A DNA stretch of 64,000 bases from a virus (IMGVR_UViG_3300016643_000249:7358-71357), one strand, 5' to 3'; numbered from the stretch's first letter, positions 16,899 through 25,411 are shown. Notes: generated by a model not told the origin, from the letters alone. Made by a program: numbers and translations.

Positions 16899-17849
16899 AT
16901 GAAAACTGCATTTGTGACCGGTAGTTCCGGTTATTTGGGTTCTCATGTCTGTAAAGAACTCAAAAAAGTTGGTTGGAAAGTTTTTGGTTATGACACTCAA
17001 CAACCTAAACACCAATACCTTGATATGTGGGAAAATGCTGATGTGCGTGATGAATTATCTTTGTATGGTGCATTGAAGCGATGTAAACCTGATGTTGTAT
17101 TTCATTTTGCTGGTAGAATTGAAGTTGGCCTTTCAATTGAAGAGCCTACCGAATTCTATGAAGTGAATGTTGCCGGCACTACAATACTTTTGAATTTGAT
17201 GGCAAAACTTGGTCTTAACAATATCATCTATTCTTCAACTGCCGGAGTTTATGCACCTCAAAACCGACCAATCATGGAACCAGATGAAAAGAATTGGGAT
17301 AACAATCCTTACGCTGGTTCAAAGTTATGTGCGGAAATGGCCATTCGCCATTCCAATCTGAAACATATCATATTCCGTTACTTTAATTTGGCAGGTGCTG
17401 ATCCAGACAATGAAATTGGAGAGTGCCATGAACCAGAAACGCACTTGATTCCAAAAACTTTGCAAAATCTAAATAATGTTGTTGAAATCTATGGAACAAA
17501 TTACAATACAGAAGATGGCACTTGCATTAGGGACTATGTTCATGTCTCGGATGTTGCCAATGCTCATGTCCTTGCTGCAAATCATTTACTCTCTGGCAAA
17601 GAATCACACATACTCAACCTTGGTACAGGCCAAGGCGAATCGGTAGTTTCCGTTGTCAGTAAAATCATTCAAATTACTCGGCAATCAAATGTCAATGTTA
17701 AAACTTTGCCAAGACGAGATGGCGACCCGGATAGTTTAGTTGCCGATATCTCTCTTGCCAAAAAGATATTGAATTACCGACCAAAACATGATATAATGAC
17801 TATTCTTCAAACCGCATATAATTGGCATCTGAAACAAAATGGCAAATAA
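16899..17849 (+). CDS. galE: UDP-glucose 4-epimerase
   Basis: TGSSGYLGSH, YxxxK, RYFN.AGA, PETHLIP, DGTCIRDYVHV.D.A.AH. Confidence 0.9.
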   Translation: MKTAFVTGSSGYLGSHVCKELKKVGWKVFGYDTQQPKHQYLDMWENADVRDELSLYGALKRCKPDVVFHFAGRIEVGLSIEEPTEFYEVNVAGTTILLNLMAKLGLNNIIYSSTAGVYAPQNRPIMEPDEKNWDNNPYAGSKLCAEMAIRHSNLKHIIFRYFNLAGADPDNEIGECHEPETHLIPKTLQNLNNVVEIYGTNYNTEDGTCIRDYVHVSDVANAHVLAANHLLSGKESHILNLGTGQGESVVSVVSKIIQITRQSNVNVKTLPRRDGDPDSLVADISLAKKILNYRPKHDIMTILQTAYNWHLKQNGK

Positions 17850-18405
17850 TAGAGATACAGAATTTATACCAGCAGAAGATAGAATTAATGCTGGTTTATT
17901 GGAAAATCATATACATTTCTTGTATGGTGATATAGAAGAAGAAAATACAATGGATGCTATCTATTGGATTACCTATGAGAACCTAAAACCTAATGACGAT
18001 ATTCTCACTCTGTATATTAATTCAGATGGTGGGTCTTTACAAGATGCTTTCGCTCTTATTGATGTGATGAGAAAGTCCAAGAAAAAAATTAGGACTATTG
18101 GCATAGGTTCTGTTTGTTCATCGGCTTTTTTAATCTTTGCTTCAGGAACTAAAGGTGAAAGGTTTATCAGTCCAACAGCTTCTGTAATGTGTCATCAATA
18201 CACCGATGGCCTGACTGGAAAATACCACGATATCAAAGCAACAGCGAAAGAACACGAACTCATTAATAACCGAATGGTTGATTTATTGAAACAATGTACC
18301 GAGTTGAACACTACAACAATCAAACGAAAACTTTTGCAACCAAGTGATGCATACTTTACAGCAGAAGAATTGATTGAACTAGGTATAGCAGACGGACTTT
18401 TCTAA
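17839..18405 (+). CDS. clpP: ClpP-family protease subunit
   Basis: LYINSDGG, CSSA (Ser), MCHQ (His), D.YFTAEE.IE.G.AD. Confidence 0.85.
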   Translation: MANNRDTEFIPAEDRINAGLLENHIHFLYGDIEEENTMDAIYWITYENLKPNDDILTLYINSDGGSLQDAFALIDVMRKSKKKIRTIGIGSVCSSAFLIFASGTKGERFISPTASVMCHQYTDGLTGKYHDIKATAKEHELINNRMVDLLKQCTELNTTTIKRKLLQPSDAYFTAEELIELGIADGLF

Positions 18406-18424
18406 GGAGGTGTAATTTCTAAAA

Positions 18425-18580
18425 ATGCTAACAGGCGGCAAAAAATTTCAAAAAACAACAAAAACGAAGTTTAAGAAAAACAAAGACCAACAAGGCAGTA
18501 AACATTTTGATAAAACAAGGCACCACGATAAATCATTTTATCGTTTGGTGAAGCAAGAAAAAGAAGATTATGTCATATAA
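18425..18580 (+). CDS. 51-aa basic hypothetical protein
   Basis: GGAGG RBS; Lys-rich. Confidence 0.6.
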   Translation: MLTGGKKFQKTTKTKFKKNKDQQGSKHFDKTRHHDKSFYRLVKQEKEDYVI

Positions 18581-18743
18581 AAATTTACTACTCAAACAAA
18601 TAGCAGAGCTAGAGCAAAAAATTGCTAGTGATACCGCAGACAAGGTAGAGCTAGAAAAACAATTGCGAAGTTTAAAGCTTGCTGAGTTTGAAGAAGATAT
18701 GAGAGAAACCCAAGAGAGGCGTCTCCTGCGAGAAGGAAGTTAG
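18570..18743 (+). CDS. 57-aa coiled-coil hypothetical protein
   Basis: MSYKNLLLKQIAELEQKI...; overlaps previous stop. Confidence 0.6.
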   Translation: MSYKNLLLKQIAELEQKIASDTADKVELEKQLRSLKLAEFEEDMRETQERRLLREGS

Positions 18744-18827
18744 TAAGTATTCACTAACTTATATGCCTGGATAGTGTTGTTTTTAAGCAACACCACCCCT
18801 TGACTATTTGGCCAATGTCTGTATAAT
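18741..18827 (+). promoter_or_regulatory. early promoter cassette with two palindromes
   Basis: TAGTAAGTATTCACTAACTTA, TGTTG-N8-CAACA 18775-92, TTGACT 18800-05, TATAAT 18822-27. Confidence 0.85.
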
Positions 18828-18857
18828 GGCTTGTATATTGATTGAGGGCATTATATT

Positions 18858-19274
18858 GTGTTTAAAATACTGAAAGAAACAACGGTCTGGAATTGCGAGT
18901 ATACCGTTTACAATCATATTTACTTGCTTGATCCAGAAAATCGTATTTTGGCATACTATAATGTAAAAGACAAAACGATTCACAAATCAAATTCACCGTA
19001 TGTCATTGATAAGCGCTATCGCAAATTCATTGAAACAAAACATACCGGCCTATCAAAATTAATTCCTAAAAATTATCAAAAAGAAAAACGGCAAGAAAGT
19101 ATTGTGCCGTCAGCTTCTGTTCGTGTTTTCAAAGTAACATCAAAATCAAAAAACAAAACCTATGAGGTGTCATTCAATACAATTAGTAAACAAATAAGTT
19201 GTGGTTGTACCGGGTATGGTTATAGACGGACCTGTAGCCATGTGAAAGCTGTTTCTGTTAAACTTGGAGTGTGA
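18858..19274 (+). CDS. SWIM zinc-finger domain protein
   Basis: C-terminal CGCTGYGYRRTCSH. Confidence 0.75.
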   Translation: MFKILKETTVWNCEYTVYNHIYLLDPENRILAYYNVKDKTIHKSNSPYVIDKRYRKFIETKHTGLSKLIPKNYQKEKRQESIVPSASVRVFKVTSKSKNKTYEVSFNTISKQISCGCTGYGYRRTCSHVKAVSVKLGV

Positions 19275-19276
19275 TT

Positions 19277-19591
19277 ATGAAATTTACTGTATATCAAATT
19301 AACCTTTCCGATAAAGAATACGATGTTCGTAATGTGCGTGAAATGTATCTTGACACCATTATGAACCCTACTGCTGATGCAATCGTTAAAGCTCGTGAGT
19401 TTTACAAACCTGTTGCTGATATTGAAGCGCTTGGGTTTAATGATGTGTTTGATATTGGCAACATTGGTCCCGAAGAAAAAATTACCCGTAAGGCTCGGAT
19501 GCATAGTATATCGGTTGGCGATGTAATTGTGCGTGAAGATGGTGTTTGCAAATTTGTGGCACCCTACAGTTTTGAATATGTTGCTTTTTAA
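19277..19591 (+). CDS. YodL-like domain protein
   Basis: VYQI...HSISVGDVIV motif. Confidence 0.6.
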   Translation: MKFTVYQINLSDKEYDVRNVREMYLDTIMNPTADAIVKAREFYKPVADIEALGFNDVFDIGNIGPEEKITRKARMHSISVGDVIVREDGVCKFVAPYSFEYVAF

Positions 19592-19605
19592 TTGGAGATT
19601 TTACA

Positions 19606-19791
19606 ATGGTTATTAGTTCGTTAGATGTTATTCGTATCGCTAGTCAAATTAATGAAATGACTGACAAAGAATTGCAAACAATGTCTGAGTTTTTGTTTCC
19701 TTTGACCGCAGAAAAACTTGGCAATTACATTAGTTTTAGTTTGCAAGAAAAAGATTTACTTGCTATTGAAGTGCAAGACCCTGTTTGCTAA
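19606..19791 (+). CDS. hypothetical protein
   Basis: GGAG RBS. Confidence 0.6.
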   Translation: MVISSLDVIRIASQINEMTDKELQTMSEFLFPLTAEKLGNYISFSLQEKDLLAIEVQDPVC

Positions 19792-19792
19792 C

Positions 19793-20131
19793 ATGACAAT
19801 TATTTACACTTATCAACGGTCCAAAAAACGCAAACCCACCGTCAAGCAGCGTGAGCTTGCTCAACAATGGGAAGAATTGATTGCTAAGTATGCACCAAAA
19901 TCAAAAACTCTTGGTGAAAAAAAGGCATTGAGTTCTCTACAATCAAAACCATATCGCCGTGAAACTCCGCAATATCCGTCACTTAACAGCACCGAATACA
20001 ATACTTACAAAAAAAATGTTATGCAATACACCGGTGATAAGATGAAAGGTATTGGCACTTTGCACAAATCAAATGCTGTACCAATTTTCACGGATGAAGA
20101 AGCAAAGGACCAAGCAAATATGCGTAGGTGA
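19793..20131 (+). CDS. conserved T4-like hypothetical protein
   Basis: YTGDKMKGIGTLHKSNAVP motif. Confidence 0.75.
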   Translation: MTIIYTYQRSKKRKPTVKQRELAQQWEELIAKYAPKSKTLGEKKALSSLQSKPYRRETPQYPSLNSTEYNTYKKNVMQYTGDKMKGIGTLHKSNAVPIFTDEEAKDQANMRR

Positions 20132-20221
20132 GTGGTCACTAACTTAATGCAAACCCTTACCTGGTATTGTTGCTTTTTTACAACACACCCCCTTGACATT
20201 ATTGCCAACCTGTAGTATAAT
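20125..20221 (+). promoter_or_regulatory. early promoter cassette with two palindromes
   Basis: TAGGTGAGTGGTCACTAACTTA, TGTTG-N8-CAACA 20168-85, TTGACA 20193-98, 17 nt, TATAAT 20216-21. Confidence 0.88.
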
Positions 20222-20251
20222 GGTCCTATTGAAATTGAGAGAGGTTATATT

Positions 20252-21001
20252 ATGAAATTACTATCTACTGGCAACCCTAAAATTCTTAAAGGTCTAAAGC
20301 AAGGTTTTAACACCTATATTTTGCACCTTGCACCAGCGAATCTCTCTGGTTATGAAACCTGTCCAAAACGGACTGCCGGTTGCACCGCTGCTTGTTTGAA
20401 TACTGCTGGTCGTGGCGGTATGTTCAAAAAAGGCGAAACGACCAATGTCATTCAACAGGCACGAATTCGTAAAACTAAAATGTTTTTTGAAAACCGTGTG
20501 CAATTTATGGTTGACTTGGTTAAAGATATTGAGTTAGCAATTAAACAATCTGCTAAAAAAGATTTGACACCTGTTTTTCGTTTGAACGGCACCAGCGATT
20601 TGGCTTGGGAAAAATATGAGGTTGTTCGTAACGGTGTTATTTTTAAAAATATCTTTGCAGCCTTTTCTGAGGTAACTTTTTATGACTACACGAAAATTCC
20701 TGGTCGCAAAGTGAACGGCATTGCAAACTACTCTCTAACATTCTCTGAAGCTGATGGTAATGCTTTAGAAACTCTAAATGCGATTCGTGCAGGTATGAAT
20801 GTTGCAACGGTGTTTGGTATTAAAAAGAATTCACCGATGCCAAAAATGTGGAACGGAATGACTGTGTTTAATGGTGATGATTCTGACTTGCGTTTTCTGG
20901 ATCCAAAAGGTGTTGTTGTTGGTCTGTATGCCAAAGGTAAAGCGAAAAAAGATACCTCTGGTTTTGTGAAATATCCTACTTTTATGATGAAGGCTGCTTA
21001 A
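20252..21001 (+). CDS. gp88-like phage protein
   Basis: CP...AGC.AACL...GRG, RLNGTSD, FYDYTK, GD.SDLRFLD. Confidence 0.8.
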   Translation: MKLLSTGNPKILKGLKQGFNTYILHLAPANLSGYETCPKRTAGCTAACLNTAGRGGMFKKGETTNVIQQARIRKTKMFFENRVQFMVDLVKDIELAIKQSAKKDLTPVFRLNGTSDLAWEKYEVVRNGVIFKNIFAAFSEVTFYDYTKIPGRKVNGIANYSLTFSEADGNALETLNAIRAGMNVATVFGIKKNSPMPKMWNGMTVFNGDDSDLRFLDPKGVVVGLYAKGKAKKDTSGFVKYPTFMMKAA

Positions 21002-21002
21002 T

Positions 21003-21218
21003 ATGAATTATGCAAATCGTGAAGTGTTTACTCGGCATGGTGGTGCGTATGACCGTGGTTCTGCTGATGCTTGGTATGGTCGCCCCGCTAGGCCGCATTA
21101 TTTTACTGGTGACACTCATCAGTCAACCGAGATTGAAGAAGTGGACATGAGTGAAGAAGAAATCGCTGCTTACATGGCAGGTTACAATGAAACACCTTTT
21201 GCTCAGAAAGAGTGGTAA
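21003..21218 (+). CDS. hypothetical phage protein
   Basis: RHGGAYDRGSAD.WY motif. Confidence 0.7.
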   Translation: MNYANREVFTRHGGAYDRGSADAWYGRPARPHYFTGDTHQSTEIEEVDMSEEEIAAYMAGYNETPFAQKEW

Positions 21219-21219
21219 T

Positions 21220-21441
21220 ATGATTCGCAGAAAACCTAAGAAGTTTAAACCACAAATTGATTTGTCTGGCCCACAAGGCAATGCTTTCTATTTGTTGGCT
21301 GTTGTAGATAAAACATTTCGCCAATCTGGTGCGCCTGACCTAGGTAAATCAATTATGGATGAAATGAAAAAAGGCGATTACGAGCATTTGGTGAAAACCT
21401 TTGACTTGTATCTTGGTGAACATTTTGATATCGTGAGGTAA
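21220..21441 (+). CDS. hypothetical phage protein
   Basis: IDLSGPQGNAF motif. Confidence 0.7.
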   Translation: MIRRKPKKFKPQIDLSGPQGNAFYLLAVVDKTFRQSGAPDLGKSIMDEMKKGDYEHLVKTFDLYLGEHFDIVR

Positions 21442-21443
21442 TT

Positions 21444-21686
21444 ATGTTAAAGTTTATGTCTTATTCATCACCTGCAAATGAAACATCGCTCTTCAAAGGA
21501 ATACCAATGAGTGAATATACAAAAGAGAATCGTGCTTATTTCCGTAAGTTTGTAAAGCCCGGTACTGAGTTACGATTTCTTTTTCGTGGACCTCGCCCAA
21601 TGAAAAACAGGCGGTCCTCGTATACCCGGCAATCATATTGTATCAAAGAAGATGCAATTACTTTTGCCGTTTATGTAAGGCGGTAA
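21444..21686 (+). CDS. hypothetical protein
   Basis: GAGG RBS. Confidence 0.65.
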   Translation: MLKFMSYSSPANETSLFKGIPMSEYTKENRAYFRKFVKPGTELRFLFRGPRPMKNRRSSYTRQSYCIKEDAITFAVYVRR

Positions 21687-21702
21687 ACATTGGCAAAATA
21701 CC

Positions 21703-21731
21703 TTGACAATCTAACCGTGTTGTGTTATAAT
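21703..21731 (+). promoter_or_regulatory. consensus sigma70 early promoter
   Basis: TTGACA-17-TATAAT with extended -10 TG. Confidence 0.9.
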
Positions 21732-21765
21732 AGCTGTTCCAAAATTGATAAAGGAGTTTTACATT

Positions 21766-22212
21766 ATGGCTCGTGGTAAATCAACAAAACTTAAACCCTT
21801 CCAGAAACTGCTGACTGTCATGCAATCTGGCAAACCTGTAACGATTGATGAGATTGAAAAAACTCTCGGTAAAGAAATCTATATGTACCGATTGTCTACT
21901 TATATGTGGCATATCAAAACTCAGGCAAACGGTACCGTGAAGGCAATCAAAGACGGTCGCAAAGTGACAGCGTATCAGATTATCAATACTGAAGAAGTTA
22001 AAGAGTATATGAAGCGTGCTGGTGTTACTAGCGCAAACTTTACTCCCGGTCAAACGACTAAGAAGCCTTCAATTGCTAAACTCGCTGACCTTGCAGCAAA
22101 ACCTGCGCCTGCGAAGAAGGCACCTGCAAAGACACCTGTTAAACCAAAGAAAGTTGAAGCAGTTGCAACAGAAGATGATTTAGAAATCGTTGAAGTGCAA
22201 GAAGCCGCTTAA
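21766..22212 (+). CDS. hypothetical, possibly winged-helix DNA-binding protein with Lys/Pro/Ala linker
   Basis: AAGGAG RBS; ends EAA. Confidence 0.7.
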   Translation: MARGKSTKLKPFQKLLTVMQSGKPVTIDEIEKTLGKEIYMYRLSTYMWHIKTQANGTVKAIKDGRKVTAYQIINTEEVKEYMKRAGVTSANFTPGQTTKKPSIAKLADLAAKPAPAKKAPAKTPVKPKKVEAVATEDDLEIVEVQEAA

Positions 22213-22223
22213 TTGAACAAGAC

Positions 22224-22312
22224 GGGGGAGTTGCCCACCGAACCGAGTATTCTGGTAGTGTGCCGCTCATTCTTAAACAACAATGACTGTCGGGAGATAG
22301 CCAGAGTGCCCC
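22224..22312 (+). ncRNA. candidate structured RNA
   Basis: Nested GGGG/CCCC, TCTGG/CCAGA, CCG/CGG, TCATT/AATGA in a GC-rich intergenic island. Confidence 0.45.
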
Positions 22313-22341
22313 TTATCTAAACATATTATGGAGATTTTGTA

Positions 22342-22521
22342 ATGGTTCAAATGTTAAATGTAAGTGAAAAAGCTGCAAAGTTTATGATGGCAAAACCTGG
22401 TTCTTTTTTTGTTGTTCCAAAAAGTGCAGAAGTGCCATTTGAAACTTGTGCGAAGTTTGGTGTAAAATTATTTGTTACACCGATGCGTGATAAACCTTTT
22501 AAAGTAGTAAAACGAGTTTAA
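22342..22521 (+). CDS. 59-aa hypothetical protein
   Basis: GGAG RBS; MVQMLNVSEKAAKF...KVVKRV. Confidence 0.6.
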   Translation: MVQMLNVSEKAAKFMMAKPGSFFVVPKSAEVPFETCAKFGVKLFVTPMRDKPFKVVKRV

Positions 22522-22762
22522 TTGCCAGCCAGGGTAACGCTTGGCTACTGTGACCCGCAGGAAGAGAAATGAGTTCGTTACTCATGGGTGGTTCCATTCT
22601 ATGAGAAATAGAGTTGTCTCAAAAAGACAGGTCAAACCGAACCGGCGTTGGCAATACGAGAGTCCTTGGGTTGATAAGCGGATGGAAGGAGAAGCAGGTA
22701 AGCTGGTAGAGCTCTTGGCAGTAAGCCTTCTCTATATGTACCGCAGGTCCAAGGAAGCACCC
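22522..22762 (+). ncRNA. candidate two-domain structured ncRNA (about 240 nt)
   Basis: At least eight compatible helices (see findings); intergenic, GC above surroundings. Confidence 0.6.
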
Positions 22763-22781
22763 TTTACTAAGGAAATACAAT

Positions 22782-23075
22782 ATGAAAGATAGTGAAAAAC
22801 AAATCTTACTAATCTGCCAAGAAGAATGTGCTGAGGTCACACAGGCGATTAGTAAGGTTTTTCGTTTTGGTTATGATTCTGAATACAATGATAGAACTAA
22901 CCGTCAGCGATTAACCGAAGAAGTTGGTGATTTGCTTGCGATGATTGATTTGATGGTTGAATCAGGCATAGTTGATGAAGCAGCAATTGAAATGGCATCA
23001 GCGCAGAAAAAAATTAAGTTAAAACAATGGTCAAACATTTTTGATAAACCTAATTTAGAATTGGTAAAGAACTAA
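22782..23075 (+). CDS. MazG-like NTP pyrophosphohydrolase
   Basis: QEECAEV..AISK ... LTEEVGDLL. Confidence 0.8.
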   Translation: MKDSEKQILLICQEECAEVTQAISKVFRFGYDSEYNDRTNRQRLTEEVGDLLAMIDLMVESGIVDEAAIEMASAQKKIKLKQWSNIFDKPNLELVKN

Positions 23076-23260
23076 TGAATTTTATTAATTACCTCAAATA
23101 TAGTGGCGCTTCTGTTACAATGACGGTGAATCCATACCATTGGTCTTGGATTCCCCGTTTTTTCCATGGTAGAGAAGATGCGTGGGACGATACCGAAACA
23201 TTGAGTGTTTCATTTTTGTTTTTAACTGTAAGAATTTGGATTGATGACGGAAGTTGGTAA
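23075..23260 (+). CDS. hypothetical protein
   Basis: TAATG-coupled ORF. Confidence 0.6.
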   Translation: MNFINYLKYSGASVTMTVNPYHWSWIPRFFHGREDAWDDTETLSVSFLFLTVRIWIDDGSW

Positions 23261-23823
23261 TGAATATTTTTTACCTTGACAAAGACCCTCGCAAATGTGC
23301 TGAAATGCACCTTGACAAACATTGTGTAAAAATGATTATTGAGTATGCACAACTTATGTCAACGGCACACCGAGTGTTAGATGGTACCGAATACTATGAT
23401 AAGACCGCAAATGGTCGCAAGATTAAGCGTTGGCGCCTAAGTGATGACCGAGAAAGCCGATTGATGAAAGCTTCTCATATCAATCACCCCTCTGGTGTAT
23501 GGGTTCGTGCCAACAATGAGAACTACAGGTGGTTGTTTACAATGTGGCAATTTCTTTGTGAGGAATATACTTTTCGTTATGGTAAACAACACGCCTGTAG
23601 CCGTTTACTTGGTGACCTGAACAATTTGCCAAAATCAATTTCAACTGGTAAATTTTATCCACCCACACCAGCTATGCCTGATGAATGTAAAATTGCCGGT
23701 GATTCCTTAGCTTCGTATCATAAATATTACAATGAACGCAAATCACATTTTGCAAAGTGGACAAAACGACCTGTACCTGTTTGGTATTCGCCGGTCATAA
23801 ATACAAATAATGCCAACCTATAG
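23260..23823 (+). CDS. pyrimidine-dimer DNA glycosylase (DenV-like) family protein
   Basis: MNIFYLD..P..CA..H.DKH.VKM..E.AQL..TAH; NHP..VW. Confidence 0.75.
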   Translation: MNIFYLDKDPRKCAEMHLDKHCVKMIIEYAQLMSTAHRVLDGTEYYDKTANGRKIKRWRLSDDRESRLMKASHINHPSGVWVRANNENYRWLFTMWQFLCEEYTFRYGKQHACSRLLGDLNNLPKSISTGKFYPPTPAMPDECKIAGDSLASYHKYYNERKSHFAKWTKRPVPVWYSPVINTNNANL

Positions 23824-24115
23824 TTTTATTGATACTGATTCGGGTGAAGAATTTGATGCGCTTATGAAAATTTCTGAGCGTGAAGAATATCTTAAAAGTA
23901 ACCCACACATTCAACCACTATTGACAGCTGCTGCAATTGTCGGCGGTGTCTCCATCAAAGATAAAGTTCCCGCTGGTTTCAAAGAAGTTCTTGCTAAAGT
24001 ATCAGAGAATCACAAAGGTTCTGCTGTTGCTGATGCTCACGGTAAACGCTCAATCAAAGAAACAAAAACCAAAAGAGTAGTAGATTCTTTACACAAGAAA
24101 AAATATGGGAAGTAA
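23810..24115 (+). CDS. conserved T4-like hypothetical protein (FmdB-like N-terminus)
   Basis: MPTYSF.D..SGEEF. Confidence 0.7.
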   Translation: MPTYSFIDTDSGEEFDALMKISEREEYLKSNPHIQPLLTAAAIVGGVSIKDKVPAGFKEVLAKVSENHKGSAVADAHGKRSIKETKTKRVVDSLHKKKYGK

Positions 24116-24511
24116 TTGAGACAAAGAGATTTAACAAATATACCTTTAGGCAAAACAGTTTGTTCTGTTTGTAATGAGAGTAAAGATAATACTGAGTTTT
24201 CATTTTACAAAAAAAGAAAAACTGCAAATGGTTATCGGTTAATGGTTAATACTAATTGCAGAGATTGCCAGAAAAAAAGAAGGACTGAACTAAAAAAGTT
24301 AAAAAAATTATACAAACCCCCTTTATTCGGAACACCATGTGATTTGTGCGGAAAGCCTGTTTTTAAAAATTGGCAATTAGACCATGACCATGAAAATGGA
24401 AAAATTCGTGGATGGTTGTGTAAACAATGTAATACTGGATTAGGAAATTTAGGAGATAATTTAGAATCTTTACAGAAGGCAGTAAATTATCTTAAAAGAA
24501 TTGAGAAGTGA
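24116..24511 (+). CDS. endonuclease VII-like (His-Me finger) nuclease
   Basis: CDLCG...LDHDHENGKIRGWLCKQCNTGLG; TTG start. Confidence 0.85.
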   Translation: MRQRDLTNIPLGKTVCSVCNESKDNTEFSFYKKRKTANGYRLMVNTNCRDCQKKRRTELKKLKKLYKPPLFGTPCDLCGKPVFKNWQLDHDHENGKIRGWLCKQCNTGLGNLGDNLESLQKAVNYLKRIEK

Positions 24512-24544
24512 TTTCGTCATGTCAATAACCTCCAAGGAGATAGT

Positions 24545-24730
24545 ATGGCAAAACGAAAAGGTATTGAAACAAAAGCAGCACTTTTGCAACAACACTTTAA
24601 GGGAGAGCTTCGGAAAGCCGATGAGAATGAACTAGGCGAATGGTCGCACGAAAACATACAAAAAAACCGAGAAAGGTATATCAGAGAAAACTTCCCTTGG
24701 TTACTGGAAAGGTATAAACAACCAATATAA
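24545..24730 (+). CDS. hypothetical protein
   Basis: AAGGAG RBS. Confidence 0.65.
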   Translation: MAKRKGIETKAALLQQHFKGELRKADENELGEWSHENIQKNRERYIRENFPWLLERYKQPI

Positions 24731-25407
24731 TGAAATCTTTTAATCATGTAAAACTAAGTGAATTGGACTTTGAGTTAGAATCCGAAACAACAGAATCGGG
24801 TAGGACTTATAAAACACCGGGAGGAAAGTCCTACCCATCCATCACAACCGTATTATCCAATTACAACAAAAAAGCAATCTACGAATGGCGTCAAAGAGTT
24901 GGTGAAGATGAAGCCAATCGCATTTCACGAGCCGCTTCTGGTCGTGGCACAAAGCTTCATAACGCTGTTGAGAAATATCTTTTAAACGAAATGACTGACT
25001 TGAAATATAAGTCAATGATGCCTGACACTAAAGAGTTATTTCTCAAAGTGAAGCCGTTCTTAGATAATCACATTGGCGACATATATGGCATTGAACAACC
25101 GTTGTATAGTGACAGATTGCATATTGCTGGTCGGTGCGATTGTATTGCACAATGGGAAGGCGAGTTATCAATTGTTGACTGGAAAACATCATCAAAAGTA
25201 AAAGAAAAAAGTTACATACAAAATTACTTTATGCAATGTGCGGCATATGCTGAAATGTTTGAAGAAAGAACTGGCAAACCAATCAAACAAATTGTGGTTG
25301 CCATTGCGGTAGAAGATTCTGATATGCCTTTAATTTTTATTGAAAACAAATCGGACTATCTTTTGCCTCTCCAAGAATACATTTTAAGATATAATAGTCC
25401 GATATAA
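24730..25407 (+). CDS. PD-(D/E)XK exonuclease (Cas4/RecB-like)
   Basis: YPSITTVL, RGT.LH, AGRCD, IVDWKTS, Q.AAYA.M. Confidence 0.88.
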   Translation: MKSFNHVKLSELDFELESETTESGRTYKTPGGKSYPSITTVLSNYNKKAIYEWRQRVGEDEANRISRAASGRGTKLHNAVEKYLLNEMTDLKYKSMMPDTKELFLKVKPFLDNHIGDIYGIEQPLYSDRLHIAGRCDCIAQWEGELSIVDWKTSSKVKEKSYIQNYFMQCAAYAEMFEERTGKPIKQIVVAIAVEDSDMPLIFIENKSDYLLPLQEYILRYNSPI

Positions 25408-25410
25408 ATA
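25403..25410 (+). promoter_or_regulatory. T4-type late promoter of tmRNA gene
   Basis: TATAAATA directly upstream of the acceptor piece. Confidence 0.75.
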
Positions 25411-25411
25411 T

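Noticed and set aside
22655-22670. GAGAGTCC as RNase P RNA conserved region I
   Set aside because: The full GAGGAAAGUCC and the 3' P4 partner are absent.
22744-22760. CAGGTCCAAGGAAGCAC resembles the SRP RNA helix-8 motif
   Set aside because: It lacks the GNRA tetraloop (only AA between TCC and GGA), and CCAAGGA pairs better with upstream TCCTTGG.
22541-22792. 83-aa ORF in the track
   Set aside because: GTG start without an RBS, no recognisable motif, and it lies entirely over the helix-rich RNA candidate.
24730-25407. Cas4-like gene as evidence of a CRISPR system
   Set aside because: No repeat-spacer array or other cas genes in the window; this exonuclease is routine in T4-like phages.
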